Source of the DNA: Octopus bimaculoides
Lineage: Eukaryota
Assembly: GCF_001194135.2 (NCBI RefSeq)
Contig: NC_068989.1
Span: 57,324,300 to 57,388,299 of the forward strand
Length of the DNA: 64,000 bases
Direction: 5' to 3'
Position numbers and translations under genes: made by a program. The notes beneath the pieces were generated by a model. The model was not told the DNA's origin. It made no database searches and worked only from the letters and a program-made list of their open reading frames with translations. Below are positions 1 through 12,026 of the stretch, one piece after another. The first letter of the stretch is position 1, and each line of letters opens with the position of its first letter.

Positions 1-1432
1 ACCTACAAATGAAGTTTTACTTTTATTCTTTTTGCTTATATTTTGGTACCATAATCTGCTACTTTCTCGTTTCTTATTATGTATACTAACAGTATAAACG
101 AACAAGTTGCAAATAGTTATATAGTAGAAGTATGCAAACACGTATTTGTAAATGCTTGTTAACACAGATACTTATGGACATCTCGTTTAAAAACAACATT
201 TTAAGATTTTGAACAATTGTTTATCTTTAGCTTTGTATCTGTACGGACATTAACGCACACACCCAACTCAGTCAAGACATTTCTATAATAAATGGGTTGT
301 GATAATACTTAAATGCCTATTTAAAAAAAAAACCAATGTTTGTATAACCATCTTACTTTGAGAGCGAGAGGGAAAAAATATATTTCTGAGAAGCCATATT
401 AACAGGATACAATATTGATGGCTTTTGTACAAATTGACTAGAATATATATAATGGTTTAGTTTTGCTTCTATGGTTTAGTCAGACGAGCAAGGGAACAGC
501 TATTACTTTTGATGGGCCTCCTAGATTCGTGGAGGAAAGAGAGGGCGAACTCACAATTCAAGAATTACTGTAATGAGAAATAACACAGCAAGATATCAAG
601 TCATGCACACACTGGAAATCTGGCCAGAATGCGTGCATCTGAGGGAACTCGGTTAAGTGTTCGTTTTGTTAGAATCGTTAATATTCTGTATTGTATATAT
701 CACACATAGTATCTATTTTTGTATGTACTATACTATATATACTATATATATTTTATAATGGCACACCAAGGGAAGGCAACATTCTAGTATAAGCTCTATG
801 CTATGAAAGTATATAGTATATATAGATACAATGTAACATTTTTAAATAAGTTCAATGTAATAATAGTGTATATTTTATAACAAAACACTGATAGAATGCA
901 ATACTTTGAGTAAGCTTAACATTATAGTAACATATACATTATGTATATAGTAACAACCTGATCATAATATGTAATATGTAATAAACCAGGGATTGGTTGA
1001 TACATAAATATGATCACAACCTGCTGCAGACTGATGAGGATTTATACTAAATAACGCTATAAGGAACTTAACTAAACACACGATGTATGCCCCCAAATTG
1101 ACATCTTAAACTAGATATATGAATGTCTTATGTTTATTCAATGGAAAATACTTATGCTGTGTTATTGGTACTTAAATTTTATTACCATGTATAAAGCTGC
1201 GGTTCATACGGTAACTAATTAACGCTCCAGTCTTTCTGGTAACCCAAATTTATCATATTAACATCCATTAAGACATGTGTTGAGAGATATCCTAAAGCTA
1301 GCTATATTTGTGCGATAATTTCGATCAAATAATTAAAAGAATTTACCTTTTCTTATGTGTATTCCTCTCAGTTTTCTCTCTCTCACCCACTCTCCCTCCT
1401 CTCTCTCTCTGCCACATGCGTTGATTGTATGA

Positions 1433-1437
<5 letters not shown>

Positions 1438-1465
<28 letters not shown>

Positions 1466-1573
1466 TGCTTGCATGAATGCACGCATGCATGCATGTATGT
1501 ATGTATGTATGTATGTAGGTAGGTAGGTAGGTAGGTAGGTAGGTAGGTAGGTAGGTAGGTAGGTAGGTAGGTA
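1438..1573. repeat. Compound tetranucleotide microsatellite (GTAT)n then (GTAG)n
   Basis: Seen directly; runs into a gap. Confidence 0.95.
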
Positions 1574-2152
1574 NNNNNNNNNNNNNNNNNNNNNNNNNNN
1601 NNNNNNNNNNNNNNNNNNNNNNNNNNNNNNNNNNNNNNNNNNNNNNNNNNNNNNNNNNNNNNNNNNNNNNNNNNNNNNNNNNNNNNNNNNNNNNNNNNNN
1701 NNNNNNNNNNNNNNNNNNNNNNNNNNNNNNNNNNNNNNNNNNNNNNNNNNNNNNNNNNNNNNNNNNNNNNNNNNNNNNNNNNNNNNNNNNNNNNNNNNNN
1801 NNNNNNNNNNNNNNNNNNNNNNNNNNNNNNNNNNNNNNNNNNNNNNNNNNNNNNNNNNNNNNNNNNNNNNNNNNNNNNNNNNNNNNNNNNNNNNNNNNNN
1901 NNNNNNNNNNNNNNNNNNNNNNNNNNNNNNNNNNNNNNNNNNNNNNNNNNNNNNNNNNNNNNNNNNNNNNNNNNNNNNNNNNNNNNNNNNNNNNNNNNNN
2001 NNNNNNNNNNNNNNNNNNNNNNNNNNNNNNNNNNNNNNNNNNNNNNNNNNNNNNNNNNNNNNNNNNNNNNNNNNNNNNNNNNNNNNNNNNNNNNNNNNNN
2101 NNNNNNNNNNNNNNNNNNNNNNNNNNNNNNNNNNNNNNNNNNNNNNNNNNNN

Positions 2153-2206
<54 letters not shown>

Positions 2207-2741
2207 AATAACTGTTCTAAAAGCAATTATACCCCTCATCAACCTCGTTGCGTAGGCATTTTTATGTGTTTTGCAATATTTATATTGTAGTAACTCATAT
2301 TAGTAAGTTCTAAAGTTAATTAGCCCTGTGGTACGTTTGTTCCATTGCTGACACCAAGATGTCGATGCGTCAGTATATTTCACTTGGCTAATTTAAGTGG
2401 TATATCGATGGCATTTTCTTTTTCACTCCTGTAGTTGCATGTAATATATGTGCTGTGCATTCTGTACTGGTTTTACCTCGCTATGTAGTCGCAAGCAGAC
2501 TTAAACATCTTCTTAATCGCCGGGGTGCGACATCCAATATCTAAAGACTACAATAGCGTACCGTCGAAATTCACTTCAAGTGAGTAGACTAGAACAACTT
2601 GAAATGAACGATAGCCTGGTGCAGGAAACAAACACGCGAATTCATAATCGTGTCCGCCATATATGTAGTATGTACTCATCAAAATTGCAGAGTCGTTAGA
2701 AAGTCGGATGAAATGCATTCCAACTGCTGTATATGTATGTA

Positions 2742-3086
2742 TGTCATTATTCAGTTTTATTTCAAGATTTCATTAGAAAACAAAGAAAGAGCTGGTTTCT
2801 AACCTAGATCGAAGGTTCCTTCATTGGAATTTCAACGTCAACAACAGTGTATTTTTCTTTGTATGTATGTATGTATGTATGTATGTATGTATGTATGTAT
2901 GTATGTATGTATGTATGTATGTATGTATGTATCTATGTATGTATCTATGTATGTATGTATGTAATGTATGTAAGTATGTATGTACGTATGTATGTATGTA
3001 AGTATGTATGTATGCATGTATGTATATGTGCAGATTTGTATGTTTTGTTTTATCTATGTATTCTCATTCATATAGTTGCATATCTA
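2742..3086 (-). mobile_element. Probable 3'-UTR-only copy of the same RLE element with internal (GTAT)n
   Basis: 3029-3086 (gcagatttgtatgttt...gtattctcattcatatagttgcatatcta) aligns with 57638-57690. Segment 2742-2847 ends on the minus strand in AATAAA...aataatgaca followed by tacatac. Its assignment to the same element is inference. Confidence 0.6.
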
Positions 3087-3220
3087 GACTTGTATGTGTG
3101 TATGTATGTATGTATGTATGTAAGTACGTATGTATGTATCAAGACTGTAGAGTCGTTTGAAAGTCGAATGAAATGCATTCCACCCGATTGTTTAATGTAT
3201 GTATGTATATATATATATAT

Positions 3221-3568
3221 TTCTTTTATCTTTTCCTTTTATCATTAGACTGCGGTCATACTGGGGCATTGCTTTAAGAGTTTTTAGTCGAATAAATCAA
3301 CCTCAGTACTTGTTTTATTTTAAGCCTGCTACATAGTTTATCAGTCTCTTTTGCCTAACTGCTAGTTTAATGGGACATAAACACACCTCAACGGACATCA
3401 AGTGGTTGTGATAGGAGACAAACACAGATACAAAAATCACACACACACACACACACACACACACGTATATATACATAAATATATACATGTGTGTATGTAT
3501 GTGTGTGTGTGCGGGCAGGGACTTCTTACTGTTTCCGTCTATGAAATCCATTCATAAGACTTTTTGCC
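3221..3568 (-). mobile_element. SINE family A (tail, internal CA repeat, partial head)
   Basis: Reverse complement of the 52239 tail (gactgcggtcatactgggg, tagtcgaataaatcaacc) and head (gtttccgtctatgaaatcca). Confidence 0.75.
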
Positions 3569-6500
3569 ATATATAGCTTACTATGATAATATGAGCCATT
3601 TTTAGTTCAGATATATTTGACGTCGTTACAGTTTCAAAATGCATGAAGCGCAAAATAACCATAAGAGGTTTTAATAATCTTAATAAAATTTGGAAGGAAT
3701 GATGTAGTCAAAATTAACAAGGCATAATGGAAACAATACACGAAGCATCGTTTTGTGCTGCAACTATGGTCGTGTTGTTATCGAATCTTCGTAAAAACAT
3801 ATAAATAAATCATGTTTTGTTTTTGAACGAATAAAAAATTTGAAAAAAAATCTTCTGCTAATACTAAAAGGAACATAAAACCTTGACTCCAAAGTATTCA
3901 ATAATGCTTTGCATTGGGAAGCCACAATCAATATAATTCATAAAATGAGACAAGTTCCTATGTTGCAACTGGATGTGAATTTGGGGCTTTCAGACATGGC
4001 CCTTCCTTAGTTTTCCTCAAATCATTTATCTCTATGAAATCTCAAAATCTCAGAAATCAGCACTCTCACGGGCGTTGAATTTTATTGTATATTATAAATG
4101 TTACTTTGATAATATAAAGGTACAATTATTGGCAGATAATGTTCAACAAGATATTAATAGATACTGCCAAACAGATATTGTAAAAAGAAACATTGGCAGA
4201 TATTACGAAAAGAATATAGACAGGTATTGTTAAATAATGCTATTGTTAAACACTTATTGACAAAAATTAATAGATATTGATAAAATTAACTTGGTTGTAT
4301 CAGAGCATTGAAAATAATTTCAATCGTCACATGATTATTGGTTGTCTTCTGTTACATTTCCATATAAGGCAAGGTACTGAGAAAACGTCCTCCTAAGAAA
4401 CCCAAGAAGGAAAAACGTGTGTAATAATTTCGATTACTAGATACAGGCCTACTGTGTAAATGGCGGATATCAGTCATTTAAAATCATTTAAACCTTCTAG
4501 AATGTTACATGCTAAGCTCGACCTCTGAAAGTATGTAATTTATTAAATTATGTATTTTCAGTATTGAACCCCACTATTTATATCGGCCTAGTTTCAGAAA
4601 CATGTTTCAAAAGCAGATAAATCCATTCTTTTGAACTCCTAGTTCTACTATTGCAGTAGTGCGTATTGATGTATTTCTCGTCCTTAGAGTTGAATAATGT
4701 ATCCTCTTCAAAAGATATATTGTGAATTACTTTTACCACGCTGATTGATTATATGTGATGAATAGCATTAGTATTGTTGTTGTTTTTCATGACTGAACTG
4801 ACTTATAGAAATATCATTAATCTGAGTTCTCAGATATACAATATGGTAGTCGTCTATTAGACAAGAGAAATAAATTCTGTATGATAACAAATATCAAATA
4901 TGCATTTCCTAATGGATGTGTTCTTTCTTTAATTAAATATATCAAACCACTCCTAAATATGCCCCTTGAGCCATAGAAACGAAGAGTAATATTAATATAA
5001 TAATTGTGTGGTACTAAACTAGATCATCAGATGCAGTCAGTGTAGTCTTTATAGAAAAGCATTTCAAAAGAGTTGGAGCTAATGGTAAATTTATAGTAAA
5101 TAATCAATCAATATTTTATATGGGAATTCAACGAGTGTGTTTCCTGTCTCATGTTTGTGAGTTCAGAGTTCAATAACGATGAAGGCTCTGAAGTCACCAA
5201 CATGAGACACAAAACACGAAATTACATAGAGGAACTAGTTATATTGTTGTTCACAGCAATGAAAATAATATTTCATAGTATCATATGGTTACTTGGTTGC
5301 TTTAATAGAATATTATTGAATACATGTATATATAAAACGCACTGTAAACATAAGTCTCCAAAATTGAAGAGTATGAGAAAATTGTGATACTATAGAACAC
5401 CACTTTATACAGATAGTGGGTTTAAGACAAATATTCGACATATTCTCGTCAAAGTTCATTGCGTTAAAATATCTCTTATCATTTCTGATGAACGACAATA
5501 TATTGCTGACTAAAATGAAGAAACTATTCAAATAGATAGATTTGGAAATAGAGGTAACAGAATACGTGCATTAAAAATAGAAAGAAAAAACAGTAGTTGA
5601 TACAATGAGAATGTTAACAAAAGATACCACAAAACTACATAAGTTACATACAAAATACACAGAAAATACTTGTACTATATATAACACAAATTGAACATAG
5701 AGTACATAGAATAAATTCTAAAAAAGGACAATGCAAAAGAAACTGCATGTATCACTGATAGGAAACTTTCTATTGCAGTCAAAGAACGCAAAGAAATCGA
5801 TTTTTGAAGTAATAGAAAATATGTATTTCTATAATAATTCCGGTACTCACTAGATCTGGAGCTATTGCTGCAGAAGCAAGAGATGTTTAGACACATTCTG
5901 AACAAACAGTTTCGCAAGGGAAACGTGTGGGCATATGCACTCGCCGATCTCATCACGATAATAGATATCCGTTAATTGAAGTGTGTGATACAATAATGAA
6001 GGAAAAAGAGGTGATATGAGAACGTATGAATCAGAACAAGTTGGTGAACCTGCAATTTAGCATCTATGGATACAAGGTTCATGCTGCAAGTATTGTAGGT
6101 GGCTGTACTGATGTCTTCTTTAAAAAAGTAGAAACTGGTAAAAGTAGTTATAGAGTAGATACGTTTGTAAGAAATGAAGCAAACAGTGTCTTCATCAGCT
6201 CTCATCAGCATCAGGATCCATTTGAAGAGAGAAATGATAGAGAGGAAGAAGCTAATCTTCATACGCCTCATCAGTTTTACTCTGCGGTGAGATTTGTTTA
6301 GTTGTTTGAGATAGATATATGAGTGCCTTGTCTGTTATGTTGAGTTAGTATTTTGTGATATTTAGCTATTTTGCTGGATGATGCTTATATAGAGTTAGTG
6401 TTACGTATTTTACGTATTTAGCCGATAAGTGTGTGGAGGATGTGCTGTGTGGGTTGTATTATATTAATAATTCATAACTATGTAGAAACAGTTGTAGGAT

Positions 6501-7404
6501 ATTATGTGTGTGGTGCGGGTCCTGGTTATGTGAGTGTGGGGGGTGCGTGTGTGTGTGTCTGTGTGTGTGTGTTTTACAGTGTGTGTGTGTTTTACAGTGT
6601 TGGATATTAATAATACTTTTTTATTATAGACACAGGGCCTGAAACCTTGAGCAAGGGGATTAGGGTTAATTGGTACTTAAATCATTGAACTCGAAACGAT
6701 TAAATACAAAGTTGAACTGAGGGGAATATAAAAATACAACGTAAAACAAGAAGAAATGCTTGTAAGCATTTGTCCAGTGTGGTAAGCATTTGTCCTTGCG
6801 CTGGATTTTAATGATGTAACAGCGGTATGTGTTAAGGTATTCTATTGCACAATGTTTTTGTAGACTATGTGTTATGATATTGTACTGGGCAGTTGCTGTC
6901 AACATATGCATTATATGCAGAGAGTTACTAATTATGTCATGCTATAGAACTTGATGTACTTTATATGGAGTGGATACAGCATCTAGTAAGGCTGTCTTTT
7001 GCACAGTATATAACATTCAAAATTCTGAAATAGTTTTATGTCTATTTATGTCAGTTAGTATTGGTATAATATCAAATTTTATAATACATAACCTTCTTGC
7101 TTCTATCTGTAGCTCCAAGCACATATTTAGTTTCTCCGTGACATGACTGCCAACTCAATTCTGTCTAAGAGTTGGTCAGGTCTGAGCAGTAGAGAATAAT
7201 ATCGAGTCATTATACTGGTTGTATTGTCTGCATCTGATATGAACATTCTTGTTCAGTACTTTTTTTATGTAACTGTGAAGTTAATATCAAACTTTCTGGT
7301 TCCAATTTTACTCCAGAGTTTGTGAGCCATTGTTGGCTCAACTCTACCTAAATTTATCTTCGTCCATTTTCTTTTTTTGTATATTTGTGGAATTCGTTTT
7401 GAAT

Positions 7405-7908
7405 ACACCTTGGGTTCATCACTTTGAGCCAGAGGGAAATAGCTGCTTCATGCAATCTAAATATCCCTCGTCAAAAAGTCACTTGATCAATGGAGAGTAT
7501 AATGCCAACTTGCTGAGGCGCTCAAGACTAAACACCCAGGAAACTTTACGAAATAGATCCTGTTTCATCAGAACACTACTCCAGCACACGAGTCTTTGGT
7601 TTCAATGCCTGCTGTGCGTGACTGTGGCTTGGAACTGGTTGATCACTCTCTCTGTTCTCCTGATTTGGCTCCATCTGAATATCATCTGTTCCCTAACATA
7701 AAAATACCCACCAGTATCGCATATCTGGTGTTGATGACTTTCTTGACCACCAAGATGAAGGCTTCTTCACCAATGGGATCCAAGCACTGTATCATCGACG
7801 GAAGAAGTGTATAGGCAATAAGGAAGACTATGTTGAAAATTAACCCTCATTTGGTCATATTCCATGAGAGTATCTTGGTCATCCTATGAACTTCACAGCT
7901 GACTCTCA
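7405..7908 (+). mobile_element. Mariner 3' fragment with remnant terminal repeat
   Basis: Contains WVHHFEPE and CSPDLAPSEYHLFPNIK, followed by a mariner-like 3' end (...ctatgaacttcacagctgactctc). Internal deletions are present. Confidence 0.85.
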
Positions 7909-8825
7909 GAAGTTTCTTAGTAGCGGCTTAAAGTGAGTATTCTGTTGATGAATGAAGTCTCAATATAGAATTGAAACGATTTCACCTGATCCATCATTCT
8001 CTCTTCACAAATATAATGTATATACAGACACGGCATGTATATATATATATATATATATATATANNNNNNNNNNNNNNNNNNNNNNNNNNNNNNNNNNNNN
8101 NNNNNNNNNNNNNNNNNNNNNNNNNNNNNNNNNNNNNNNNNNNNNNNNNNNNNNNNNNNNNNNNNNNNNNNNNNNNNNNNNNNNNNNNNNNNNNNNNNNN
8201 NNNNNNNNNNNNNNNNNNNNNNNNNNNNNNNNNNNNNNNNNNNNNNNNNNNNNNNNNNNNNNNNNNNNNNNNNNNNNNNNNNNNNNNNNNNNNNNNNNNN
8301 NNNNNNNNNNNNNNNNNNNNNNNNNNNNNNNNNNNNNNNNNNNNNNNNNNNNNNNNNNNNNNNNNNNNNNNNNNNNNNNNNNNNNNNNNNNNNNNNNNNN
8401 NNNNNNNNNNNNNNNNNNNNNNNNNNNNNNNNNNNNNNNNNNNNNNNNNNNNNNNNNNNNNNNNNNNNNNNNNNNNNNNNNNNNNNNNNNNNNNNNNNNN
8501 NNNNNNNNNNNNNNNNNNNNNNNNNNNNNNNNNNNNNNNNNNNNNNNNNNNNNNNNNNNNNNNNNNNNNNNNNNNNNNNNNNNNNNNNNNNNNNNNNNNN
8601 NNNNNNNNNNNNNNNNNNNNNNNNNNNNNNNNNNNNNNNNNNNNNNNNNNNNNNNNNNNNNNNNNNNNNNNNNNNNNNNNNNNNNNNNNNNNNNNNNNNN
8701 NNNNNNNNNNNNNNNNNNNNNNNNNNNNNNNNNNNNNNNNNNNNNNNNNNNNNNNNNNNNNNNNNNNNNNNNNNNNNNNNNNNNNNNNNNNNNNNNNNNN
8801 NNNNNNNNNNNNNNNNNNNNNNNNN

Positions 8826-8896
<71 letters not shown>

Positions 8897-8905
8897 TAGA
8901 TATAG
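8826..8905. repeat. (GATA)n microsatellite
   Basis: Seen directly. Similar arrays lie at 15780-15812, 17342-17400, 42120-42147 and 50743-50792. Confidence 0.95.
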
Positions 8906-8914
8906 ACATATATG

Positions 8915-9138
8915 TGTTATTTCTTTACTACCCACAAGAGGCTACACACAGAGGGGACAAACAAGGACAGACAAACGGATTAAGTCGATTACATCGACCC
9001 CAGTGCGTAACTGGTACTTATTTAATCGACCCCGAAAGGATGAAAGGCAAAGTCGACCTCGGCGGAATTTGAACTCAGAACATAGCGGCAGACGAAATAC
9101 CGCTAAGCATTTCGCCCGGCGTGCTAACGTTTCTGCCA
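8915..9138 (-). mobile_element. tRNA-derived SINE family B, young copy
   Basis: The reverse complement reads tggcagaaacgttagcacgccgggcgaaatgc...gagttcaaattccgccgaggtcgactttgcctttcatcctttcggggtcgat... and matches 39701. Confidence 0.9.
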
Positions 9139-9274
9139 TATGTGTGTGTGTTTGTATCTGACTGTCTGTGTATATGTATGCTTATATATGTGTTACATAA
9201 CTTCATTCCATAATATATCTTTATATTTATATGTGTGTTTATGTGTATGCACATATAAATACTCTTTCTTCCCA

Positions 9275-9700
9275 CTTATTCAGTCTTCCCTCCTCCCACT
9301 TATGCTGCACTGATATCCCACCCTTGCATAAATTCCACCACCCCTAGCTATCCATCTGTATCTCAGAACGTTCAGACACCTCACTCTATGCCCATCTCCT
9401 TACACTTTTATCCTCCTATACGTGCACACAACGCACCACATCTTTCTCTCGTCCTAAATCCTTCCGATAGAACTGTCTTCCCACCTGCCTTCGAAACTTT
9501 GTCTTATTTCCTTCTCTCTCTTCTTTGTCCTTCCCTCTTTTCCGACAACTTTCCAACTATTCGTGTTTCTGATGAAGGACTAACATCCGAAACGTCAACT
9601 ACCTTTCCCTTTCCTTTCAAGCGTTAGACATATGTGAAAACGTAACCCTCTTGTTCTGTACTGTCGTTATTTTTTCCGTTTATCATGTGTGAGTGTGCGC
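9275..9700 (+). mobile_element. Probable Penelope-like element terminal repeat (C/T-rich tail)
   Basis: Pyrimidine-rich stretch containing ctgatgaagg...ccgaaacgtc, a motif typical of Penelope pseudo-LTRs. No ORF is retained. Confidence 0.5.
9563..9602 (+). ncRNA. Minimal type I hammerhead ribozyme motif (probably decayed)
   Basis: CUGAUGA at 9569-9575, an extra A, stem II GGA/UCC with a 6-nt loop, GAAA, palindromic ACGU stem III and a GUC triplet ending at 9596. Stem I GUGUUU/AACUAC has one mismatch and one G-U pair. Confidence 0.55.
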
Positions 9701-9764
9701 GCTTTACCTAAGAAAATTATGATAATACATACATATACATGTATTGTTATACATTAAATATATG

Positions 9765-9797
<33 letters not shown>

Positions 9798-10139
9798 CTA
9801 TCTATTCGTACCTATATATATATATATGTATGTATATGTATAACTAGTCGTATGTGTGAAGGTGTGATCACACTAAAAGATAGCAAACGCTCAATAACTT
9901 GCTGCATGAATGCTAGCTTAATAGTAAAATCTTATTAGGAAGTCGAATTGTTAAAAAATTCACGCCATCTCACACATCTGTCACCATCAGCTGACCTAAT
10001 TTACTTTTAACAAAACAGAGTCGGCAAAACTATACAAGAAATATGGATTGAGCTTCAAAATGTACCTGCTGTCTAGCTGAATGACATCAGTAGCAGTAGC
10101 AGCAGTAGCAACAGCAGAAGTGGTGGTGAGAGGTGAATT

Positions 10140-10186
<47 letters not shown>

Positions 10187-11482
10187 TATTGCGTGGTACT
10201 GAAGTATGTTTGGAGAATATTGGGAAAGTTATCGATTTTTGCTGAATATAACTGTCAACAACGTTATTGATAGTTCATTTGGGTCATCTGGGGAGCTTTC
10301 TCTATGTAGTCACTTTGCTTGCTAGAAATATCAGTCATATGTTATTCAAGGAAGTATTTTAAAGTTTACTGTCTTAAGAAAGAAGAAATACATTGAAGGA
10401 TGAGGTAGTTTTAAATATACAATATCTGTAATTTATAAACATGAAAGTAAACAGCGGAGATCATACACGTATTGAGATACGTGTATGATCAATACTTGTT
10501 GGATTGGTTGAAGGAAAACAGCAACAGCACCATCGATAGATATACAGTTTACTTAGTATTACAGTGATGGTATTTTCGGAGTAAATCATTTTGAGACAAA
10601 ATAATAGAGTTATTTGTTTCATAATTAAATGTCTTTGGAGTATAAAGAACCCATAGTGAACGNNNNNNNNNNNNNNNNNNNNNNNNNNNNNNNNNNNNNN
10701 NNNNNNNNNNNNNNNNNNNNNNNNNNNNNNNNNNNNNNNNNNNNNNNNNNNNNNNNNNNNNNACATGTACTTACATACATATATACATATACATATATAT
10801 ACGTGTGTGTATCTTTGAGAGAGAAAGAGGGAATGGGGAGGAAATGATTTGAAGAAATAAAAACTAAATTTTTCAAATTAATTATCATGATTAGAGAAAA
10901 GAATATTTGCTCTGTGTTTGCAGATAAGTATAAGAGCTTATGTTTCCACCCTTCTGACCTCGTCAGATCCGTACGATCACATTTTTTTTTACTTATATTA
11001 AACTGTTAATAACCAAAATATAAATGACTATTTCTCTTTATGTAAATTGCTACTTAAATAACTGCCGCGCCTCTTGACCCATTGCTATTTAAAATACATA
11101 TTTGGACCATATTTTACATGTTCAGCTTTAATTTATATTGTATCATAAGCTCTACTAACAAATATATATGATTCATGGATTCATCCTTCTCTGTTATTTG
11201 GCCTGTGATGCTATATAAATTCCCTTACCATTGGTGATGTTTATTTTGATACTTTATTTTGAATCTATGATTCGATATATATGCATACATACTAATTAAT
11301 TTCAGCTTGCTTGCTTTAGTTAATGTATCTGATGAAGGCAAGCAAACGGAAAATTTGTCGTCACTGTCAACGATTTCCTTCTAAAATTTCAATAACATGA
11401 GCTCTACTAGAAAAACCACTTGAGTAATCCTTTAATTTAATATTTGTTGTTTTTACGTATGACTTGACATTAAAAAAAATTA

Positions 11483-12026
<544 letters not shown>

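Noticed and set aside
480-655. GC-richer block that looks exon-like
   Set aside because: All three plus frames stop within it and there is no convincing splice pair or recognisable peptide.
2489-2579. Open frame SQADLNIFLIAGVRHPISKDYNSVPSKFTS between tag and gtgagt
   Set aside because: An isolated candidate with no homology I can recognise; such hits are expected by chance.
4127-4290. Recurrent agatatt motif (also at 23805-23835)
   Set aside because: A degenerate low-complexity repeat with no consistent period or coding signal.
4349-4404. KVLRKRPPKKPKKEKRV* after an AG, resembling an NLS-bearing last exon
   Set aside because: The acceptor is AAG, the frame is short and purine-rich, and no linked upstream exon could be supported.
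5151-6560. Unique-looking region with several short ORFs and CTGATGA motifs
   Set aside because: No domain is recognisable on either strand. It is probably a very old retroelement, but this cannot be supported.
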